A DNA stretch of 21,747 nucleotides. Source: Candidatus Heimdallarchaeota archaeon (lineage in GTDB: Archaea; Asgardarchaeota; Heimdallarchaeia; Heimdallarchaeales; Heimdallarchaeaceae). Each line of letters starts with the position of its first letter. Positions within the stretch are counted from its first letter, which is position 1. Below the pieces are notes generated by a model. It had not been told where the DNA came from and ran no database searches. It saw only the letters and a program-made list of their open reading frames with translations. The stretch covers positions 1 to 21,747 of the forward strand of contig JABCTC010000052.1 of assembly GCA_018238545.1 (NCBI GenBank), written 5' to 3'. Made by a program: the position numbers and the translations under genes. Shown here in pieces: positions 16,600 through 21,747 of this stretch.

Positions 16600-18021
16600 T
16601 TATGCTGCTTCTTGTTCAGCCATTTTCTTAAGAACACTCAAAGCTCTTAGTGCAATTGTTGTTTCTTCAATATTTGCTCCCCAAAGACCACCTTTATCTT
16701 GAATTGCTAACAAATAAAGGGCAGCTTTTTTCAATATCAATGAATCAGCTGTTTCACTTGGAGCTAATGCTTGAATGACATATCCTGTTGTTCCAATATT
16801 TCCTGACCATGAACCTTCAATGAATTGAGTTCCTCCTATAGCTTGAGTGAATTGCTGTCTTTTTGTTGGAGCTCTTCGCATATCATGTAAAGCAAGCATC
16901 AGACGGGCAAACATTTCAATAGGTGTTTTACCTGTTTGTGATGTTGAGAATCTTGCGTATCCTCGTTTTACTGCAATTTCTATACAAGCTGAGAACAATT
17001 TTGCTAATCTATCTAGTAATTTTATGTTTCCTGTCACATCAGCAACATAACTCATTACTACATGTTGTGGAGTAGTTCTTGATCGTAAGTTTGATGTAAA
17101 TCTATTCAATTTGTTTATGAAATCCCATTCAGTGTCCTCAAAAATTGAATCTCTGAACTCTTCTATATCGCTCACTCTTTTATCAAATATTGTTGGGTCA
17201 AACAAGCTTACAGCATACATGACGTAAAATTGCTCATATGAAAGTTCTAGTGTTTCTAAGGTTTCGATTATTGCTGATAAGTTCTCTATAGGTTTTCGTA
17301 AGGTTACAGCTACTTTACCTTCATTGGTAGACATAATCCATTCTGTATCAAGATTATACCCAAGACTGTAGAAGAGTTCCAATACAGTGGCTGTTTCATA
17401 AACAGGATTAATGTCCCCCCAATACCCTTCTTCATTTATCCTTCTCTTCAAGGCATTGATTCCCTTGTCAAATGCTTTGTTAATTGGTAAATCTCCCAAT
17501 TTTTTTGACTTCAAGGTTTCTTCAAGTTGAGAAAATTGGTACTCTAGTCCAAATACTTCTGATTTTTCCACACGAGGATTGGAATAAAGGAAATAAGCCG
17601 TTTCTATTACACTTAATAAGAAAAATAGAACAACAAGAGATATGTTTAAACCACTTATTTCTACTAAAGCATATAGGCCTGGAATTGTTGCATATAATAC
17701 AATTACAACTAAAGAAATAAAACTCAGTATAGCTAGAAATTTGTTTGTATTTTCTCCAAAGATGTCTAAATGATAGTGAGCTTCAATATAGCTTAAAATA
17801 AGTGCAATTTCCATAAATATGCCTATTGGGAAGAAAATATATTTACCAGCAGGTGAGAAAGCATGCTGTGAACCCTCAGGTCGTGTCATTATGAAGAAAT
17901 ACACGAGAGTAATAGCGAAAATAGTCAGTCCAAATAATATCGTCTCAAAAATTCTTCTAATTCCAATTTTTTGACCAAATTTTAAAACTCTAGTATAAAT
18001 TCGATATGTCTCGTGGGTCAT
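16600..18021 (-). CDS. Membrane protein with C-terminal prenyltransferase/squalene-cyclase-repeat (alpha/alpha toroid) domain
   Basis: About 4 N-terminal TM helices and QW-like motifs NEEGYWG, QFIEGSWSG, QDKGGLWG. Start likely 18021 (alternative 18069). Confidence 0.65.
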   Translation of the reverse strand: MTHETYRIYTRVLKFGQKIGIRRIFETILFGLTIFAITLVYFFIMTRPEGSQHAFSPAGKYIFFPIGIFMEIALILSYIEAHYHLDIFGENTNKFLAILSFISLVVIVLYATIPGLYALVEISGLNISLVVLFFLLSVIETAYFLYSNPRVEKSEVFGLEYQFSQLEETLKSKKLGDLPINKAFDKGINALKRRINEEGYWGDINPVYETATVLELFYSLGYNLDTEWIMSTNEGKVAVTLRKPIENLSAIIETLETLELSYEQFYVMYAVSLFDPTIFDKRVSDIEEFRDSIFEDTEWDFINKLNRFTSNLRSRTTPQHVVMSYVADVTGNIKLLDRLAKLFSACIEIAVKRGYARFSTSQTGKTPIEMFARLMLALHDMRRAPTKRQQFTQAIGGTQFIEGSWSGNIGTTGYVIQALAPSETADSLILKKAALYLLAIQDKGGLWGANIEETTIALRALSVLKKMAEQEAA

Positions 18022-18075
18022 TAGAAAAAATATTCTTTTCAAGATATAAAAAAATTGCTGATAAAACAATGTAAA

Positions 18076-18417
18076 TTAAGCTATAATTAGACCTATAATA
18101 ATAACAATTAAGGCAATTACAGAAATAGTACCCATTATCCATACCCAATCTTTGAATAATTTTTCAACAGATGTAGGATCTTCTCTCTTTCTCATTCTTG
18201 TAGAAGCTGCTAATCCTGAGACAATCATGGGATATAATATGAAAACAATATTTACCACATTAAATTTACCACTTAGAAATACAGTGAGGAGTGACACTAT
18301 GAATAGTGCAAAACCAGTTATTGATATTAAATCCAATATTTTATCACTGAATTCAATCTTTCCATATTCTTTTTTGATGTTACTCAATGTGTCGCGTATA
18401 TTTTGTTTAATGCTCAT
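18076..18417 (-). CDS. Small 3-TM hypothetical membrane protein
   Basis: Three hydrophobic segments, co-oriented with its neighbours. Confidence 0.7.
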   Translation of the reverse strand: MSIKQNIRDTLSNIKKEYGKIEFSDKILDLISITGFALFIVSLLTVFLSGKFNVVNIVFILYPMIVSGLAASTRMRKREDPTSVEKLFKDWVWIMGTISVIALIVIIIGLIIA

Positions 18418-18491
18418 GATAGTTACCTTGATTTGGCTTTCGTTCTAATGACGGGAAGTCTATTTATAAGCATTTTTGTTTCAAATAAAAA

Positions 18492-18866
18492 TTACTTTTG
18501 TATTGATTCAATTCTAACTCCTGTAGAACTTTCAAATTTCTCAATCAACTTCATATTCTTGGTAATGGAACCAATATTTGCAACCTTAAGGTCAAATCTT
18601 GTATCGGTTAATAATATAATTACCGCTTTTGATCGTGGATCGAAAATTATGTCGCCTTTCTTACCTAGATTGACAGGCTTTTCAGCAGCATAATAGAAAG
18701 TCACGGGAATAAAGAGAAGATTCTCTCTCTTCAAAGCTCTCGAGTTTACTGGTAAGTTTCTGTTGAAGATTTCTGTTAAATGTGGACCTTTTACTCTAAT
18801 AAGCTCTCCTTCAGATTCTCCCTTATTTGGAAAAATGAGTTTGATTTTATACAATTCACCAGTCAT
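18492..18866 (-). CDS. Cyclophilin-like fold protein (UPF0288/DUF369-like)
   Basis: 124 aa with P(H)LT...LP, KKGDIIFDP...IILL and VANIGSI, the pattern of TM1367-like proteins. Confidence 0.6.
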   Translation of the reverse strand: MTGELYKIKLIFPNKGESEGELIRVKGPHLTEIFNRNLPVNSRALKRENLLFIPVTFYYAAEKPVNLGKKGDIIFDPRSKAVIILLTDTRFDLKVANIGSITKNMKLIEKFESSTGVRIESIQK

Positions 18867-19038
18867 TGCGTTTAGAAAAAACCACCAATATTTATATCTA
18901 TCTCATGAATGATAGATGTACCAAGACAAAAATCTCTATAGTTTCTCGGTATTGGCTGAATTTTCTTGAAAAATAACATATATTAATGGGTTTGTACATA
19001 TAAAACAAATACACATACCGTACTATTTACACTGAAGG

Positions 19039-19242
19039 GTGAAAGAAGTGTCAAAATATATTACTCCTAAAATGGATCCAAAGGAACTATTGTTAGTTTC
19101 AGAAGAGGAATCGGAGATAAAGTGTGGAAAATGCGGGAAACCGATGAAGTTTACCATATTTTACAAAGACAAAGAATCCCATGATTTTCTAGTTTGCAGT
19201 GACTGCGAAATTTACCTTCAAAGAGTAATTGTTGAAGATTGA
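19039..19242 (+). CDS. Small Zn-ribbon protein
   Basis: CGKCGKPM...CSDC. Start uncertain (GTG 19039 or 19048, ATG 19072). Confidence 0.65.
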   Translation: MKEVSKYITPKMDPKELLLVSEEESEIKCGKCGKPMKFTIFYKDKESHDFLVCSDCEIYLQRVIVED

Positions 19243-19340
19243 ATATTCTATTTTCCTTAGATTTTTACTATATTGTATATTACGTAAGAAGGGAAAAATT
19301 AAATAATTGTGCAAAAGAGTAGGGTTGTGGAAACACAAAT

Positions 19341-19416
19341 AGCTCCGTAGTCTAGCGGTCAAGGATACGGGACTCTGAATCCTGAGACGGGTGTTCAAAT
19401 CACCCCGGGGCTACCA
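19341..19416 (+). tRNA. tRNA-Gln(CUG)
   Basis: Acceptor AGCTCCG/CGGGGCT, anticodon CTG at 19375-19377, T-arm GGGTG-TTCAAAT-CACCC and encoded CCA. Confidence 0.95.
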
Positions 19417-19607
19417 TTTACTCTTTTCAGACTTGTTAGTTTTCCTGCTTTTACTGTTGTTTCTAACATTTTCTTTAAGAGAAGCGTACCAACAAAGGTA
19501 AGATATTTGCTTATTTAACAATTCCCAGTATTTGGCATTTCATGAGTTAAGAAAGTTTTATTAATACATATCCGCCTTTTTTCTTAATAAGGAGGTGTCA
19601 TAGACAA

Positions 19608-19688
19608 ATGAATGCTGGAATAGATATACTAAAACTTTCAATTGTTTGCAAATCAACTGTCACAATGGCACCTAAATTACGAAATTGA
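19608..19688 (+). CDS. Putative 26-aa small protein / leader peptide
   Basis: MNAGIDILKLSIVCKSTVTMAPKLRN, preceded by AAGGAGGTG (19589-19597) and followed by a T-run. Confidence 0.35.
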   Translation: MNAGIDILKLSIVCKSTVTMAPKLRN

Positions 19689-19780
19689 TTTTTTTCTTAG
19701 TTTTTATGCTATTACTTTTGATGTTTTTAGTATACATTTCTTTCACTTGTCTATCCCCTCTTTATGGAAGTGAAACAAAA

Positions 19781-20569
19781 GTGTTAAACGAAAAATATTG
19801 GGATAAACGAGAACAAGATGAAGAAATTCATGAGTTATCTGTCCAAGAAGCTTTAGCGGAAGCGATCGAGAACAATCTTCTAGTTGAAGCTCGTCAGATT
19901 ATCGGACAAGGAAAAGAAGCTTTTGTCTGTTGGGGAATAGATTATTTAGATAGGTTAGTTGCTATTAAAAGTTACAAACTTTTCAGAACTACACATAGAG
20001 GAGTTATACATGGGTCATATCGTACTTCCCCTTATGAAGTCATAAAACAATTCGCAAAACTTGAATATCACAAAAATCTCTATGCTTACGAAGCTAAACT
20101 TCCTGTACCTCAACCATACAAATGGGCTGGATATAGTTATGCTATGGAATTAATTGGTAGCGAGGAAGGTGCTGCTCCTTTGCTTGCTGATTTACCTAAA
20201 AACTACTTTGATGATCCTACAGAGATTCTAGAGAAATGTGTCGATGTTTTACATGACATGTTTCAAGCACAATTTGTGCATGGGGATTTCAGCGAACATA
20301 ACATTCTATGGCATGAAGGAGAAATTTATGTGATAGATTTTCTTCAATCCAAGAGATTTGCTCTAAAAGATGCCGTTCATAGAAATTCCCCACTTATACC
20401 CTTGACTAGAGCATATAGAATTCTTAGAAGAGATCTGAATGCTTTTCTACCTTTCTTCTCAAGATTGTTTAGAGTCAGAGTAAATTTTGAGGAAGTTCTA
20501 GAATATATTTTGGGAGATATCAAGGATAAAGTGGACAGAGAACTTGAATTAATTAACGAAGTTACATGA
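19781..20569 (+). CDS. rio1: RIO-family atypical Ser/Thr kinase (RIO1-like)
   Basis: IGQGKEAFV, VAIK, LPVPQPY, HGDFSEHNIL and VIDFLQ. GTG 19781 after GGAAGTGA is preferred over TTG 19685. Confidence 0.85.
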   Translation: MLNEKYWDKREQDEEIHELSVQEALAEAIENNLLVEARQIIGQGKEAFVCWGIDYLDRLVAIKSYKLFRTTHRGVIHGSYRTSPYEVIKQFAKLEYHKNLYAYEAKLPVPQPYKWAGYSYAMELIGSEEGAAPLLADLPKNYFDDPTEILEKCVDVLHDMFQAQFVHGDFSEHNILWHEGEIYVIDFLQSKRFALKDAVHRNSPLIPLTRAYRILRRDLNAFLPFFSRLFRVRVNFEEVLEYILGDIKDKVDRELELINEVT

Positions 20570-20603
20570 AAATCAGTTATTGGGAAGTTTCTTCCCCCTT
20601 TTT

Positions 20604-21290
20604 TTAAAAATATGTCTTGATTATATTCCCAACAGTTTCTAATCCATAATTGTCCATGAGGGCGTGAAATTCTTCTTTTACTTCTTGTAACATCTCAATT
20701 GCTAAATCACGCTTTTCAGGATAAGATTGAAGATAAAATTTTGCTATCATCATTCTTGTCCAAGTATCAATATCCTTCTCAAAAGGTTCTTCTGTTGCTT
20801 GTTTAGCGGTGTCTTCTAGGGTTTCTAGAGCTTCTTCAACATCCCCCTTAATGAATTTACTAATGCCTACTAACCACTTAGCCCACAACATAGGTCCCTT
20901 TTTACCAATTTCCTTGCGGATTTCATAATCCTTTACTGCTGCAAAGTAACCTGGTTCAATCAGTCTCTCTTCTACACCATCATCCATGTTTGGGAAACAA
21001 AATGAAGCTTGGTTGTGGTATAAAATTCCCGCTGTGAGTTTGTTTTCCATTTCTAGGGCTTTTTTTACTGTGATATCTGTATATTCAATTATTTCAGCTA
21101 TAGTTTCTATTTGCTTTCCAACAGGAGGATATCCTCCACCCATCTCCTTAAGTTGAATTTGAATATTTACAAGGGTTTTGAGGAGTTGAGCATCTTTCTC
21201 CAAGTTATCTGAAATGAAGCTTATAATGCTATCCTTTTCATTATTATGAATCATTTCTAGAACTGTTTTTGCTAGTTCTTTTATTTTCAT
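20604..21290 (-). CDS. Hypothetical alpha-helical (TPR-like) protein
   Basis: 228-aa ORF with amphipathic helical repeats (GDVEEALETLE, RDLAIEMLQE). Confidence 0.6.
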   Translation of the reverse strand: MKIKELAKTVLEMIHNNEKDSIISFISDNLEKDAQLLKTLVNIQIQLKEMGGGYPPVGKQIETIAEIIEYTDITVKKALEMENKLTAGILYHNQASFCFPNMDDGVEERLIEPGYFAAVKDYEIRKEIGKKGPMLWAKWLVGISKFIKGDVEEALETLEDTAKQATEEPFEKDIDTWTRMMIAKFYLQSYPEKRDLAIEMLQEVKEEFHALMDNYGLETVGNIIKTYF

Positions 21291-21351
21291 TTTACTCAGA
21301 GAAAATCATCTATAATTGAATATATAAGTTCTGTTTTCACAGCAAATGAGC

Positions 21352-21747
21352 TTAAAGGAACCAGTGGTATAAAGCAAATAGGATATTGCCGAGAAAAATG
21401 TTGAGTATATACCCAATTAAGAGGAATACTATTCCTGGAGGTAAAACCTTTACCCAGATATTCTCTCTTTTTGTCTTTTTGATTTTTTCTTCAACTTCCT
21501 GCTTATACTTCTCTTCCTCCTCAATCTCTGGAACCTGCATGAAGTGTTTGATTTCCCACTCCTCCTCCTCAACATTATACACTTCTGAATAGACAATATC
21601 TGTTCTGTTCTTAGCTTTTTCTACTGGTATAAGATAACCAGAGATCATCATCAGAAACTTACTAGCAAAGTTTGCGTTAGTGTTCTCGAATAATTTTTTC
21701 TTATTAATTTTCAAATAAATATTGTAGAAAAGTAATGGTATTGGATA
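21352..21747 (-). CDS. Partial (C-terminal) A24B prepilin/pre-archaellin peptidase-like protein
   Basis: Frame is open to the window end (YPIPLLFYNIY...). ISGY and IWVKVLPPGIVFLLIGYIL resemble the FlaK/PibD C-terminal domain. Confidence 0.6.
   Translation of the reverse strand, partial: YPIPLLFYNIYLKINKKKLFENTNANFASKFLMMISGYLIPVEKAKNRTDIVYSEVYNVEEEEWEIKHFMQVPEIEEEEKYKQEVEEKIKKTKRENIWVKVLPPGIVFLLIGYILNIFLGNILFALYHWFL

Noticed and set aside
19280-19287. Perfect TTACGTAA (Yap/PAR bZIP-type site) upstream of tRNA-Gln(CUG)
   Set aside because: About one such AT-rich 8-mer is expected by chance in 21.7 kb at this composition.
19685-19780. Hydrophobic N-terminal 'TM' extension on the RIO kinase
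   Set aside because: It arises from T-rich intergenic DNA. RIO kinases are soluble, and GTG 19781 has an SD-like motif.
44-21592. Many short overlapping ORF-track entries (e.g. 44..244, 120..380, 744..965, 2289..2540, 3560..3760, 4418..4603, 5515..5823, 6692..6940, 9017..9241, 11234..11641, 11687..12001, 12569..12844, 16847..17050, 18152..18693, 21386..21592)
   Set aside because: They are antisense or alternate-frame shadows of well-supported genes and carry no recognisable motifs.

Overview
AT-rich archaeal chromosomal fragment, most likely Asgard archaea (Heimdallarchaeia-like). Evidence: a Lokiactin-type actin, archaeal A1:U72 tRNA-Gln genes (one with a BHB intron), a RIO kinase and TATA/leaderless gene starts. 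From left to right it holds a GC-rich, bacterial-looking ~530-bp end, a 4-gene corrinoid methyl-transfer operon (corrinoid protein, homocysteine methyltransferase, MetH activation domain, non-pyrrolysine MttB), MBL hydrolase, degenerate APH-like kinase, YccF protein, a bZIP-like coiled-coil gene with operator-like repeats directly upstream of actin, two broken surface-protein genes, DUF389 protein and small Zn-ribbon proteins. Further right are a glutaminyl-tRNA synthetase, both tRNA-Gln isoacceptors, a RIO kinase and a partial prepilin-peptidase-like gene. Top candidates for novelty: (1) a chimeric GlnRS (archaeal GluRS-type N-domain plus bacterial GlnRS core) clustered with both tRNA-Gln genes, in a domain of life that canonically lacks GlnRS; (2) a bZIP-like DNA-binding protein with repeats next to actin; (3) a folate-independent amine-to-methionine methyl-transfer operon. 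All family assignments come from motif recognition by eye; no database searches were run.
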